Assembly (NCBI RefSeq): GCF_009914755.1
Contig: NC_060945.1
Strand: one strand, 5' to 3'
Length of the DNA: 64,000 nucleotides
From: the human T2T-CHM13v2.0 reference genome, Homo sapiens
Position numbers and translations under genes: made by a program. Numbering within the stretch: position 1 is the stretch's first letter; each line of letters opens with the position of its first letter. Of the stretch, positions 12,019 to 27,000 are shown piece by piece. Under the pieces are notes generated by a model that was given only the letters and a program-made list of their open reading frames with translations, was not told where the DNA came from and did not search any database.

Positions 12019-15000
12019 TTAAACGGGGTGATTTAACTCTTGTCTAGGCTGTGCCCACAGGGGGATTGAGACATATCTCTGCACTGATCCCGAGGTGATC
12101 CAACTCTTGCCTGGTCTCTGCCTACTGGGGACATTGTGACATATCTCTGCACTGATCTCCCAGGTGCTGTAAATTTTGTCTAGGCTCTGGCTACACGGCA
12201 TTGTGACTTATCACTGCACTGATCACCCAGGCGATACAACTCTTGTCTAGGCTCTGCCTACAATGGTCTTGTGACATATCTCTGCACTGATCACCCAGGT
12301 GATATAACTCTTCTCTAGGATCTGACCACGGGGTGCTTTGTGACATATCCCTGCAATGATCACCCAGGTGATATACCACTTGCCAAGGCTCTGCTTACAG
12401 GGGCATTGCAATGTATCTCTGCACTGATCACCTAGGTCTTGTAGCTATTTTCTAGGATCTGCCTACAGGGTGCTTTGTGACGGGTCCCAGCAAGGATTAC
12501 CCAGGTGATGTACCTCTCATCAAGGCTCTGCCTACAGGCACATTGCGATATCTCTCTGCACTGATCACCTAGGTCATGTAACTTTTGTCTAGGCTCTACC
12601 TACGATGGTATTGTGACATATCTCTGCACTAATCATCCAACTGATGTAACACTTGTCTAGGATGTGCCTAAATTAACTTTTTGACATAACCCTGTACTGA
12701 TCATCCAGGTGATGGGGCTTTTGTCTAGGCTCTGCCTAAGGGGGCATTGTGACATATTTCTGCAATGATCACCCAGGTGGCGAACTCTTCTCTCGGATCT
12801 GCCTATGGGGGCATTGTGAGAAATCTCTGCACTGATCACCCAGGTGATGTAACTGTTGTGTAACCTCTGCCTACAGGGGAATTGTGAGAGATCTCGCCAC
12901 TGATTACCCAAGTGATGTAACCATTGTCCAGGCTTTGCGTACAGGGGGCTTTGTGACATACCTTTGCACTGATCACCCAGGTGATGTAACACATCTAAGT
13001 TCGGCCTAAAGGAACTTTGTGACACACCTCTGCACTGATCACTTAGGTGATGTAACACTTTTATAATCACTGCCTACAGGGAATTTTGACAAATCTCTGC
13101 ACTGATCACCTAGGTGATGTAACTCTTGTCTACCCTCTGTCCAACGGGGCATTGTGAAATATCTCAGCACTGAACACCCAGGTGATTCAACTCTTGACTA
13201 GGAACTGCCTACAGAGGTTATTGTGAAATATCTCTGCACTGATAAACTAGGTGGTGTAAACCTTGTCCAAGCTCTGCCTACAGGGGCGTTTCCACATATC
13301 CCTGAACTGATGACAAAGGTGTTGTAACTCTTGCCTAGGCTTTGCCTACAGGGACATTGGACATATATCTGCACTGATCACCCAGGTGATGCAACTCTTG
13401 CCTAGGCTTTGCCTACAGGGTACACTGTGACATATCTCTTCAATGATCACTCATGTGATGCATCTCTTGCCTAGGCTTTGCCTACAGGGGACATTGTGAC
13501 ATATCTCTGCACTGATACCCCAGGTGCTGTAACTTTAGTCTAGACTCTGGCTACACGGCATTGTGACATATCACTGCACTGATGAACCAGGTGATATAAC
13601 TCTTGTATAGGCTCTGCCTACAGGGGGCTTGTGACCTACCTCTGCACTGATCACCCAGGTGATATAACTCTTCTCTAGGATCTGCCTACAGGGTGCTTTG
13701 TGACATATCCCTGCACTGATCATCCAGGTGACCTAACTCTGGTCTAAGCTCTGCCTAAAGGGGCATTGTGACAGATCTCTGCACTGATCACTCAGGTGAT
13801 GTAACTATTGTCTAGGCTCTGCTTAAAGGGGCCTTGTCACATATCCCTGCACTGATCACCCAGGTGATGTAACTCTTGTCTAGGCTCTGCTTCCTGGGCA
13901 TATTGTGACATAGCTATGCACTGATCACCTTAGTGATGTAACACTTGTGTAGGCTCGGCCTACAGAGGAATCTTGACATATCTCTGCACTGTTAAACGAG
14001 GTGATTTAACTCTTGTCTAGGCTGTGCCCACAGGGGGATTGAGACATATCTCTGCACTGATCCCGAGGTGATCCAACTCTTACCTGGTCTCTGCCTACTG
14101 GGGACATTGTGACATATCTCTGCACTGATCTCCCAGGTGCTGTAAATTTTGTCTAGGCTCTGGCTACACGGCATTGTGACTTATCACTGCACTGATCACC
14201 CAGGCGATACAACTCTTGTCTAGGCTCTGCCTACAATGGTCTTGTGACATATCTCTGCACTGATCACCCAGGTGATATAACTCTTCTCTAGGATCTGACC
14301 ACGGGGTGCTTTGTGACATATCCCTGCAATGATCACCCAGGTGATATACCACTTGCCAAGGCTCTGCTTACAGGGGCATTGCAATGTATCTCTGCACTGA
14401 TCACCTAGGTCTTGTAGCTATTTTCTAGGATCTGCCTGCAGGGTGCTTTGTGACGGGTCCCAGCAAGGATTACCCAGGTGATGTACCTCTCATCAAGGCT
14501 CTGCCTACAGGCACATTGCAATATATCTCTGCACTGATCACCTAGGTCACGTAACTTTTGTCTAGGCTCTACCTACGATGGTATTGTGACATATCTCTGC
14601 ACTAATCATCCAAGTGATGTAACACTTGTCTATGATGTGCCTAAATTAACTTTTTGACATAACCCTGTACTGATCATCCAGGTGATGGGGCTTTTGTCTA
14701 GGCTCTGCCTAAGGGGGCATTGTGACATATTTCTGCATTGATCACCCAGGTGGCGAACTCTTCTCTCGGATCTGCCTATGGGGGCATTGTGAGAAATCTC
14801 TGCACTGATCACCCAGGTGATGTAACTGTTGTGTAACCTCTGCCTACAGGGGAATTGTGAGAGATCTCCCTACTGATTACCCAAGTGATGTAACCATTGT
14901 CTAGGCTTTGCGTACAGGGGGCTTTGTGACATACCTTTGCACTGATCAACCAGGTGATGTAACACATCTAAGTTCGGCCTAAAGGAGCTTTGTGACACAT

Positions 15001-18000
15001 CTCTGCACTGATCACTTAGGTGATGTAACACTTTTATAATCACTGCCTACAGGGAATTTTGACAAATCTCTGCACTGATCACCTAGGTGATGTAACTCTT
15101 GTCTACCCTCTGTCCAACGGGGCATTGTGAAATATCTCAGCACTGAACACCCAGGTGATTCAACTCTTGACTAGGAACTGCCTACAGAGGTTATTGTGAA
15201 ATATCTCTGCACTGATAAACTAGGTGGTGTAACCCTTGTCTAAGCTCTGCCTACAGGGGCGTTTCCACATATCCCTGAACTGATGACAAAGGTGATGTAA
15301 CTCTTGCCTAGGCTTTGCCTACAGGGGCATTGGACATATATCTGCACTGATCACCCAGGTGATGCAACTCTTGCCTAGGCTTTGCCTACAGGGGACACTG
15401 TGACATATCTCTTCAATGATCACTCATGTGATGCATCTCTTGCCTAGGCTTTGACAACAGGGGACATTGTGACATATCTCTGCACTGATCTCCCTGGTAC
15501 TGTAACTTTAGTCTAGGCTCTGGCTACACGGCATTGTGACATATCACTGCACTGATCAACCAGGTGATATAACTCTGGTATAGGCTCTGCCTACAGGGGG
15601 CTTGTGACCTACCTCTGCACTGATCACCCAGGTGATATAACTCTTCTCTAGGATCTGCCTACAGGGTGCTTTGTGACATATCCCTGCACTGATCACCCAG
15701 GTGACCTAACTCTGGTCTAAGCTCTGCCTAAAGGGGCATTGTGACAGATCTCTGCACTGATCACTCAGGTGATGTAACTATTGTCTAGGCTCTGCTTAAA
15801 GGGGCCTTGTCACATATCCCTGCACTGATCACCCAGGTGATGTAACTCTTGTCTAGGCTCTGCTTCCAGGGCATATTGTGACATAACTATGCACTGATCA
15901 CCTTAGTGATTTAACACTTGTGTAGGCTCGGCCTACAGAGGAATCTTGACATATCTCTGAACTGTTAAACGAGGTGATTTAACTCTTGTCTAGGCTGTGC
16001 CCACAGGGGGATTGAGACATATCTCTGCACTGATCCCGAGGTGATCCAACTCTTGCCTGGTCTCTGCCTACTGGGGACATTGTGACATATCTCTGCACTG
16101 ATCTCCCAGGTGCTGTAAATTTTGTCTAGGCTCTGGCTACACGGCATTGTGACTTATCACTGCACTGATCACCCAGGCGATACAACTCTTGTCTAGGCTC
16201 TGCCTACAATGGTCTTGTGACATATCTCTGCACTGATCACCCAGGTGATATAACTCTTCTCTAGGATCTGACCACGGGGTGCTTTGTGAAATATCCCTGC
16301 AATGATCACCCAGGTGATATACCACTTGCCAAGGCTCTGCTTACAGGGGCATTGCAATGTATCTCTGCACTGATCACCTAGGTCTTGTAGCTATTTTCTA
16401 GGATCTGCCTACAGGGTGCTTTGTGACGTGTCCCAGCAAGGATTACCCAGGTGATGTACCTCTCACCAAGGCTCTGCCTACAGGCACATTGCGATATATC
16501 TCTGCACTGATCACCTAGGTCACGTAACTTTTGTCTAGGCTCTACCTACGATGGTATTGTGACATATCTCTGCACTAATCATCCAAGTGATGTAACACTT
16601 GTCTAGGATGTGCCTAAATTAACTTTTTGACATAACCCTGTACTGATCATCCAGGTGATGGGGCTTTTGTCTAGGCTCTGCCTAAGGGGGCATTGTGACA
16701 TATTTGTGCATTGATCACCCAGGTGGCGAACTCTTCTCTCGGATCTGCCTATGGGGGCATTGTGAGAAATCTCTGCACTGATCACCCAGGTGATGTAACT
16801 GTTGTGTAACCTCTGCCTACAGGGGAATTGTGAGAGATCTCCCCACTGATTACCCAAGTGATGTAACCATTGTCTAGGCTTTGCGTACAGGGGGCTTTGT
16901 GACATACCTTTGCACTGATCACCCAGGTGATGTAACACATCTAAGTTCGGCCTAAAGGAGCTTTGTGACACATCTCTGCACTGATCACTTAGGTGATGTA
17001 ACACTTTTATAATCACTGCCTACAGGGAATTTTGACAAATCTCTGCACTGATCACCTAGGTGATGTAACTCTTGTCTACCCTCTGTCCAACGGGGCATTG
17101 TGAAATATCTCAGCACTGAACACCCAGGTGATTCAACTCTTGACTAGGAACTGCCTACAGAGGTTATTGTGAAATATCTCTGCACTGACAAACTAGGTGG
17201 TGTAACCCTTGTCCAAGCTCTGCCTACAGGGGCGTTTCCACATATCCCTGAACTGATGACAAAGGTGATGTAACTCTTGCCTAGGCTTTGCCTACAGGGA
17301 CATTGGACATATATCTGCACTGATCACCCAGGTGATGCAACTCTTGCCTAGGCTTTGCCTACAGGGTACTCTGTGACATATCTCTTCAATGACCACTCAT
17401 GTGATGCATCTCTTGCCTAGGCTTTGCCAACAGGGGACATTGTGACATATCTCTGCACTGATCTCCCTGGTACTGTAACTTTAGTCTAGGCTCTGGCTAC
17501 ACGGCATTGTGACATATCACTGCACTGATCAACCAGGTTATATAACTCTTGTATAGGCTCTGCCTACAGGGGGCTTGTGACCTACCTCTGCTCTGATCAC
17601 CCAGGTGATATAACTCTTCTCTAGGATCTGCCTACAGGGTGCTTTGTGACATATCCCTGCACTGATCACCCAGGTGACCTAACTCTGGTCTAAGCTCTGC
17701 CTAAAGGGGCATTGTGACAGATCTCTGCACTGATCACTCAGGTGATGTAACTATTGTCTAGGCTCTGCTTAAAGGGGCCTTGTCACATATCCCTGCACTG
17801 ATCACCCAGGTGATGTAACTCTTGTCTAGGCTCTGCTTCCAGGGCATATTGTGACATAACTATGCACTGATCACCTTAGTGATTTAACACTTGTGTAGGC
17901 TCGGCCTACAGAGGAATCTTGACATATCTCTGCACTGTTAAACGAGGTGATTTAACTCTTGTCTAGGCTGTGCCCACAGGGGGATTGAGACATATCTCTG

Positions 18001-21000
18001 CACTGATCCCGAGGTGATCCAACTCTTGCCTGGTCTCTGCCTACTGTGGACATTGTGACATATCTCTGCACTGATCTCCCAGGTGCTGTAAATTTTGTCT
18101 AGGCTCTGGCTACACGGCATTGTGACTTATCACTGCACTGATCACCCAGGCGATACAACTCTTGTCTAGGCTCCGCCTACAATGGTCTTGTGACATATCT
18201 CTGCACTGATCACCCAGGTGATATAACTCTTCTCTAGGATCTGACCACGGGGTGCTTTGTGACATATCCCTGCAATGATCACCCAGGTGATATACCACTT
18301 GCCAAGGCTCTGCTTACAGGGGCATTGCAATGTATCTCTGCACTGATCACCTAGGTCTTGTAGCTATTTTCTAGGATCTGCCTACAGGGTGCTTTGTGAC
18401 GGGTCCCAGCAAGGATTACCCAGGTGATGTACCTCTCATCAAGGCTCTGCCTACAGGCACATTGCGATATATCTCTGCACTGATCACCTAGGTCATGTAA
18501 CTTTTGTCTAGGCTCTACCTACGATGGTATTGTGACATATCTCTGCACTAATCATCCAACTGATGTAACACTTGTCTAGGATGTGCCTAAATTAACTTTT
18601 TGACATAACCCTGTACTGATCATCCAGGTGATGGGGCTTTTGTCTAGGCTCTGCCTAAGGGGGCATTGTGACATATTTCTGCAATGATCACCCAGGTGGC
18701 GAACTCTTCTCTCGGATCTGCCTATGGGGGCATTGTGAGAAATCTCTGCACTGATCACCCAGGTGATGTAACTGTTGTGTAACCTCTGCCTACAGGGGAA
18801 TTGTGAGAGATCTCGCCACTGATTACCCAAGTGATGTAACCATTGTCCAGGCTTTGCGTACAGGGGGCTTTGTGACATACCTTTGCACTGATCACCCAGG
18901 TGATGTAACACATCTAAGTTCGGCCTAAAGGAACTTTGTGACACACCTCTGCACTGATCACTTAGGTGATGTAACACTTTTATAATCACTGCCTACAGGG
19001 AATTTTGACAAATCTCTGCACTGATCACCTAGGTGATGTAACTCTTGTCTACCCTCTGTCCAACGGGGCATTGTGAAATATCTCAGCACTGAACACCCAG
19101 GTGATTCAACTCTTGACTAGGAACTGCCTACAGAGGTTATTGTGAAATATCTCTGCACTGATAAACTAGGTGGTGTAAACCTTGTCCAAGCTCTGCCTAC
19201 AGGGGCGTTTCCACATATCCCTGAACTGATGACAAAGGTGTTGTAACTCTTGCCTAGGCTTTGCCTACAGGGACATTGGACATATATCTGCACTGATCAC
19301 CCAGGTGATGCAACTCTTGCCTAGGCTTTGCCTACAGGGTACACTGTGACATATCTCTTCAATGATCACTCATGTGATGCATCTCTTGCCTAGGCTTTGC
19401 CTACAGGGGACATTGTGACATATCTCTGCACTGATACCCCAGGTGCTGTAACTTTAGTCTAGACTCTGGCTACACGGCATTGTGACATATCACTGCACTG
19501 ATGAACCAGGTGATATAACTCTTGTATAGGCTCTGCCTACAGGGGGCTTGTGACCTACCTCTGCACTGATCACCCAGGTGATATAACTCTTCTCTAGGAT
19601 CTGCCTACAGGGTGCTTTGTGACATATCCCTGCACTGATCATCCAGGTGACCTAACTCTGGTCTAAGCTCTGCCTAAAGGGGCATTGTGACAGATCTCTG
19701 CACTGATCACTCAGGTGATGTAACTATTGTCTAGGCTCTGCTTAAAGGGGCCTTGTCACATATCCCTGCACTGATCACCCAGGTGATGTAACTCTTGTCT
19801 AGGCTCTGCTTCCTGGACATATTGTGACATAGCTATGCACTGATCACCTTAGTGATGTAACACTTGTGTAGGCTCGGCCTACAGAGGAATCTTGACATAT
19901 CTCTGCACTGTTAAACGAGGTGATTTAACTCTTGTCTAGGCTGTGCCCACAGGGGGATTGAGACATATCTCTGCACTGATCCCGAGGTGATCCAACTCTT
20001 GCCTGGTCTCTGCCTACTGGGGACATTGTGACATATCTCTGCACTGATCTCCCAGGTGCTGTAAATTTTGTCTAGGCTCTGGCTACACGGCATTGTGACT
20101 TATCACTGCACTGATCACCCAGGCGATACAACTCTTGTCTAGGCTCTGCCTACAATGGTCTTGTGACATATCTCTGCACTGATCACCCAGGTGATATAAC
20201 TCTTCTCTAGGATCTGACCACGGGGTGCTTTGTGACATATCCCTGCAATGATCACCCAGGTGATATACCACTTGCCAAGGCTCTGCTTACAGGGGCATTG
20301 CAATGTATCTCTGCACTGATCACCTAGGTCTTGTAGCTATTTTCTAGGATCTGCCTGCAGGGTGCTTTGTGACGGGTCCCAGCAAGGATTACCCAGGTGA
20401 TGTACCTCTCATCAAGGCTCTGCCTACAGGCACATTGCGATATATCTCTGCACTGATAACCTAGGTCACGTAACTTTTGTCTAGGCTCTACCTACGATGG
20501 TATTGTGACATATCTCTGCACTAATCATCCAAGTGATGTAACACTTGTCTATGATGTGCCTAAATTAACTTTTTGACATAACCCTGTACTGATCATCCAG
20601 GTGATGGGGCTTTTGTCTAGGCTCTGCCTAAGGGGGCATTGTGACATATTTCTGCATTGATCACCCAGGTGGCGAACTCTTCTCTCGGATCTGCCTATGG
20701 GGGCATTGTGAGAAATCTCTGCACTGATCACCCAGGTGATGTAACTGTTGTGTAACCTCTGCCTACAGGGGAATTGTGAGAGATCTCCCCACTGATTACC
20801 CAAGTGATGTAACCATTGTCTAGGCTTTGCGTACAGGGGGCTTTGTGACATACCTTTGCACTGATCAACCAGGTGATGTAACACATCTAAGTTCGGCCTA
20901 AAGGAGCTTTGTGACACATCTCTGCACTGATCACTTAGGTGATGTAACACTTTTATAAGCACTGCCTACAGGGAATTTTGACAAATCTCTGCACTGATCA

Positions 21001-24000
21001 CCTAGGTGATGTAACTCTTGTCTACCCTCTGTCCAACGGGGCATTGTGAAATATCTCAGCACTGAACACCCAGGTGATTCAACTCTTGACTAGGAACTGC
21101 CTACAGAGGTTATTGTGAAATATCTCTGCACTGATAAACTAGGTGGTGTAACCCTTGTCCAAGCTCTGCCTACAGGGGCGTTTCCACATATCCCTGAACT
21201 GATGACAAAGGTGATGTAACTCTTGCCTAGGCTTTGCCTACAGGGGCATTGGACATATATCTGTACTGATCACCCAGGTGATGCAACTCTTGCCTAGGCT
21301 TTGCCTACAGGGGACACTGTGACATATCTCTTCAATGATCACTCATGTGATGCATCTCTTGCCTAGGCTTTGACAACAGGGGACATTGTGACATATCTCT
21401 GCACTGATCTCCCTGGTACTGTAACTTTAGTCTAGGCTCTGGCTACACGGCATTGTGACATATCACTGCACTGATCAACCAGGTGATATAACTCTTGTAT
21501 AGGCTCTGCCTACAGGGGGCTTGTGACCTACCTCTGCACTGATCACCCAGGTGATATAACTCTTCTCTAGGATCTGCCTACAGGGTGCTTTGTGACATAT
21601 CCCTGCACTGATCACCCAGGTGACTAACTCTGGTCTAAGCTCTGCCTAAAGGGGCATTGTGACAGATCTCTGCACTGATCACTCAGGTGATGTAACTATT
21701 GTCTAGGCTCTGCTTAAAGGGGCCTTGTCACATATCCCTGCACTGATCACCCAGGTGATGTAACTCTTGTCTAGGCTCTGCTTCCAGGGCATATTGTGAC
21801 ATAACTATGCACTGATCACCTTAGTGATTTAACACTTGTGTAGGCTCGGCCTACAGAGGAATCTTGACATATCTCTGAACTGTTAAACGAGGTGATTTAA
21901 CTCTTGTCTAGGCTGTGCCCACAGGGGGATTGAGACATATCTCTGCACTGATCCCGAGGTGATCCAACTCTTGCCTGGTCTCTGCCTACTGGGGACATTG
22001 TGACATATCTCTGCACTGATCTCCCAGGTGCTGTAAATTTTGTCTAGGCTCTGGCTACACGGCATTGTGACTTATCACTGCACTGATCACCCAGGCGATA
22101 CAACTCTTGTCTAGGCTCTGCCTACAATGGTCTTGTGACATATCTCTGCACTGATCACCCAGGTGATATAACTCTTCTCTAGGATCTGACCACGGGGTGC
22201 TTTGTGAAATATCCCTGCAATGATCACCCAGGTGATATACCACTTGCCAAGGCTCTGCTTACAGGGGCATTGCAATGTATCTCTGCACTGATCACCTAGG
22301 TCTTGTAGCTATTTTCTAGGATCTGCCTACAGGGTGCTTTGTGACGTGTCCCAGCAAAGATTACCCAGGTGATGTACCTCTCACCAAGGCTCTGCCTACA
22401 GGCACATTGCGATATATCTCTGCACTGATCACCTAGGTCATGTAACTTTTGTCTAGGCTCTACCTACGATGGTATTGTGACATATCTCTGCACTAATCAT
22501 CCAAGTGATGTAACACTTGTCTAGGATGTGCCTAAATTAACTTTTTGACATAACCCTGTACTGATCATCCAGGTGATGGGGCTTTTGTCTAGGCTCTGCC
22601 TAAGGGGGCATTGTGACATATTTGTGCATTGATCACCCAGGTGGCGAACTCTTCTCTCGGATCTGCCTATGGGGGCATTGTGAGAAATCTCTGCACTGAT
22701 AACCCAGGTGATGTAACTGTTGTGTAACCTCTGCCTACAGGGGAATTGTGAGAGATCTCCCCACTGATTACCCAAGTGATGTAACCATTGTCCAGGCTTT
22801 GCGTACAGGGGGCTTTGTGACATACCTTTGCACTGATCACCCAGGTGATGTAACACATCTAAGTTCGGCCTAAAGGAGCTTTGTGACACATCTCTGCACT
22901 GATCACTTAGGTGATGTAACACTTTTATAATCACTGCCTACAGGGAATTTTGACAAATCTCTGCACTGATCACCTAGGTGATGTAACTCTTGTCTACCCT
23001 CTGTCCAACGGGGCATTGTGAAATATCTCAGCACTGAACACCCAGGTGATTCAACTCTTGACTAGGAACTGCCTACAGAGGTTATTGTGAAATATCTCTG
23101 CACTGATAAACTAGGTGGTGTAACCCTTGTCCAAGCTCTGCCTACAGGGGCGTTTCCACATATCCCTGAACTGATGACAAAGGTGATGTAACTCTTGCCT
23201 AGGCTTTGCCTACAGGGACATTGGACATATATCTGCACTGATCACCCAGGAGATGCAACTCTTGCCTAGGCTTTGCCTACAGGGTACTCTGTGACATATC
23301 TCTTCAATGACCACTCATGTGATGCATCTCTTGCCTAGGCTTTGCCAACAGGGGACATTGTGACATATCTCTGCACTGATCTCCCTGGTACTGTAACTTT
23401 AGTCTAGGCTCTGGCTACACGGCATTGTGACATATCACTGCACTGATCAACCAGGTTATATAACTCTTGTATAGGCTCTGCCTACAGGGGGCTTGTGACC
23501 TACCTCTGCACTGATCACCCAGGTGATATAACTCTTCTCTAGGATCTGCCTACAGGGTGCTTTGTGACATATCCCTGCACTGATCACCCAGGTGACCTAA
23601 CTCTGGTCTAAGCTCTGCCTAAAGGGGCATTGTGACAGATCTCTGCACTGATCACTCAGGTGATGTAACTATTGTCTAGGCTCTGCTTAAAGGGGCCTTG
23701 TCACATATCCCTGCACTGATCACCCAGGTGATGTAACTCTTGTCTAGGCTCTGCTTCCAGGGCATATTGTGACATAACTATGCACTGATCACCTTAGTGA
23801 TTTAACACTTGTGTAGGCTCGGCCTACAGAGGAATCTTGACATATCTCTGAACTGTTAAACGAGGTGATTTAACTCTTGTCTAGGCTGTGCCCACAGGGG
23901 GATTGAGACATATCTCTGCACTGATCCCGAGGTGATCCAACTCTTGCCTGGTCTCTGCCTACTGGGGACATTGTGACATATCTCTGCACTGATCTCCCAG

Positions 24001-27000
24001 GTGCTGTAAATTTTGTCTAGGCTCTGGCTACACGGCATTGTGACTTATCACTGCACTGATCACCCAGGCGATACAACTATTGTCTAGGCTCTGCCTACAA
24101 TGGTCTTGTGACATATCTCTGCACTGATCACCCAGGTGATATAACTCTTCTCTAGGATCTGACCACGGGGTGCTTTGTGAAATATCCCTGCAATGAGCAC
24201 CCAGGTGATATACCACTTGCCAAGGCTCTGCTTACAGGGGCATTGCAATGTATCTCTGCACTGATCACCTAGGTCTTGTAGCTATTTTCTAGGATCTGCC
24301 TACAGGGGGCTTTGTGACGTGTCCCAGCAAGGATTACCCAGGTGATGTACCTCTCATCAAGGCTCTGCCTACAGGCACATTGCGATATATCTCTGCACTG
24401 ATCACCTAGGTCACGTAACTTTTGTCTAGGCTCTACCTACGATGGTATTGTGACATATCTCTGCACTAATCATCCAAGTGATGTAACACTTGTCTAGGAT
24501 GTGCCTAAATTAACTTTTTGACATAACCCTGTACTGATCATCCAGGTGATGGGGCTTTTGTCTAGGCTCTGCCTAAGGGGGCATTGTGACATATTTGTGC
24601 ATTGATCACCCAGGTGGCGAACTCTTCTCTCGGATCTGCCTATGGGGGCATTGTGAGAAATCTCTGCACTGATCACCCAGGTGATGTAACTGTTGTGTAA
24701 CCTCTGCCTACAGGGGAATTGTGAGAGATCTCCCCACTGATTACCCAAGTGATGTAACCATTGTCTAGGCTTTGCGTACAGGGGGCTTTGTGACATACCT
24801 TTGCACTGATCACCCAGGTGATGTAACACATCTAAGTTCGGCCTAAAGGAGCTTTGTGACACATCTCTGCACTGATCACTTAGGTGATGTAACACTTTTA
24901 TAATCACTGCCTACAGGGAATTTTGACAAATCTCTGCACTGATCACCTAGGTGATGTAACTCTTGTCTACCCTCTGTCCAACGGGGCATTGTGAAATATC
25001 TCAGCACTGAACACCCAGGTGATTCAACTCTTGACTAGGAACTGCCTACAGAGGTTATTGTGAAATATCTCTGCACTGATAAACTAGGTGGTGTAACCCT
25101 TGTCCAAGCTCTGCCTACAGGGGCGTTTCCACATATCCCTGAACTGATGACAAAGGTGATGTAACTCTTGCCTAGGCTTTGCCTACAGGGGCATTGGACA
25201 TATATCTGTACTGATCACCCAGGTGATGCAACTCTTGCCTAGGCTTTGCCTACAGGGGACACTGTGACATATCTCTTCAATGATCACTCATGTGATGCAT
25301 CTCTTGCCTAGGCTTTGACAACAGGGGACATTGTGACATATCTCTGCACTGATCTCCCTGGTACTGTAACTTTAGTCTAGGCTCTGGCTACACGGCATTG
25401 TGACATATCACTGCACTGATCAACCAGGTGATATAACTCTTGTATAGGCTCTGCCTACAGGGGGCTTGTGACCTACCTCTGCACTGATCACCCAGGTGAT
25501 ATAACTCTTCTCTAGGATCTGCCTACAGGGTGCTTTGTGACATATCCCTGCACTGATCACCCAGGTGACTAACTCTGGTCTAAGCTCTGCCTAAAGGGGC
25601 ATTGTGACAGATCTCTGCACTGATCACTCAGGTGATGTAACTATTGTCTAGGCTCTGCTTAAAGGGGCCTTGTCACATATCCCTGCACTGATCACCCAGG
25701 TGATGTAACTCTTGTCTAGGCTCTGCTTCCAGGGCATATTGTGACATAACTATGCACTGATCACCTTAGTGATTTAACACTTGTGTAGGCTCGGCCTACA
25801 GAGGAATCTTGACATATCTCTGAACTGTTAAACGAGGTGATTTAACTCTTGTCTAGGCTGTGCCCACAGGGGGATTGAGACATATCTCTGCACTGATCCC
25901 GAGGTGATCCAACTCTTGCCTGGTCTCTGCCTACTGGGGACATTGTGACATATCTCTGCACTGATCTCCCAGGTGCTGTAAATTTTGTCTAGGCTCTGGC
26001 TACACGGCATTGTGACTTATCACTGCACTGATCACCCAGGCGATACAACTCTTGTCTAGGCTCTGCCTACAATGGTCTTGTGACATATCTCTGCACTGAT
26101 CACCCAGGTGATATAACTCTTCTCTAGGATCTGACCACGGGGTGCTTTGTGAAATATCCCTGCAATGATCACCCAGGTGATATACCACTTGCCAAGGCTC
26201 TGCTTACAGGGGCATTGCAATGTATCTCTGCACTGATCACCTAGGTCTTGTAGCTATTTTCTAGGATCTGCCTACAGGGTGCTTTGTGACGTGTCCCAGC
26301 AAAGATTACCCAGGTGATGTACCTCTCACCAAGGCTCTGCCTACAGGCACATTGCGATATATCTCTGCACTGATCACCTAGGTCATGTAACTTTTGTCTA
26401 GGCTCTACCTACGATGGTATTGTGACATATCTCTGCACTAATCATCCAAGTGATGTAACACTTGTCTAGGATGTGCCTAAATTAACTTTTTGACATAACC
26501 CTGTACTGATCATCCAGGTGATGGGGCTTTTGTCTAGGCTCTGCCTAAGGGGGCATTGTGACATATTTGTGCATTGATCACCCAGGTGGCGAACTCTTCT
26601 CTCGGATCTGCCTATGGGGGCATTGTGAGAAATCTCTGCACTGATAACCCAGGTGATGTAACTGTTGTGTAACCTCTGCCTACAGGGGAATTGTGAGAGA
26701 TCTCCCCACTGATTACCCAAGTGATGTAACCATTGTCCAGGCTTTGCGTACAGGGGGCTTTGTGACATACCTTTGCACTGATCACCCAGGTGATGTAACA
26801 CATCTAAGTTCGGCCTAAAGGAGCTTTGTGACACATCTCTGCACTGATCACTTAGGTGATGTAACACTTTTATAATCACTGCCTACAGGGAATTTTGACA
26901 AATCTCTGCACTGATCACCTAGGTGATGTAACTCTTGTCTACCCTCTGTCCAACGGGGCATTGTGAAATATCTCAGCACTGAACACCCAGGTGATTCAAC

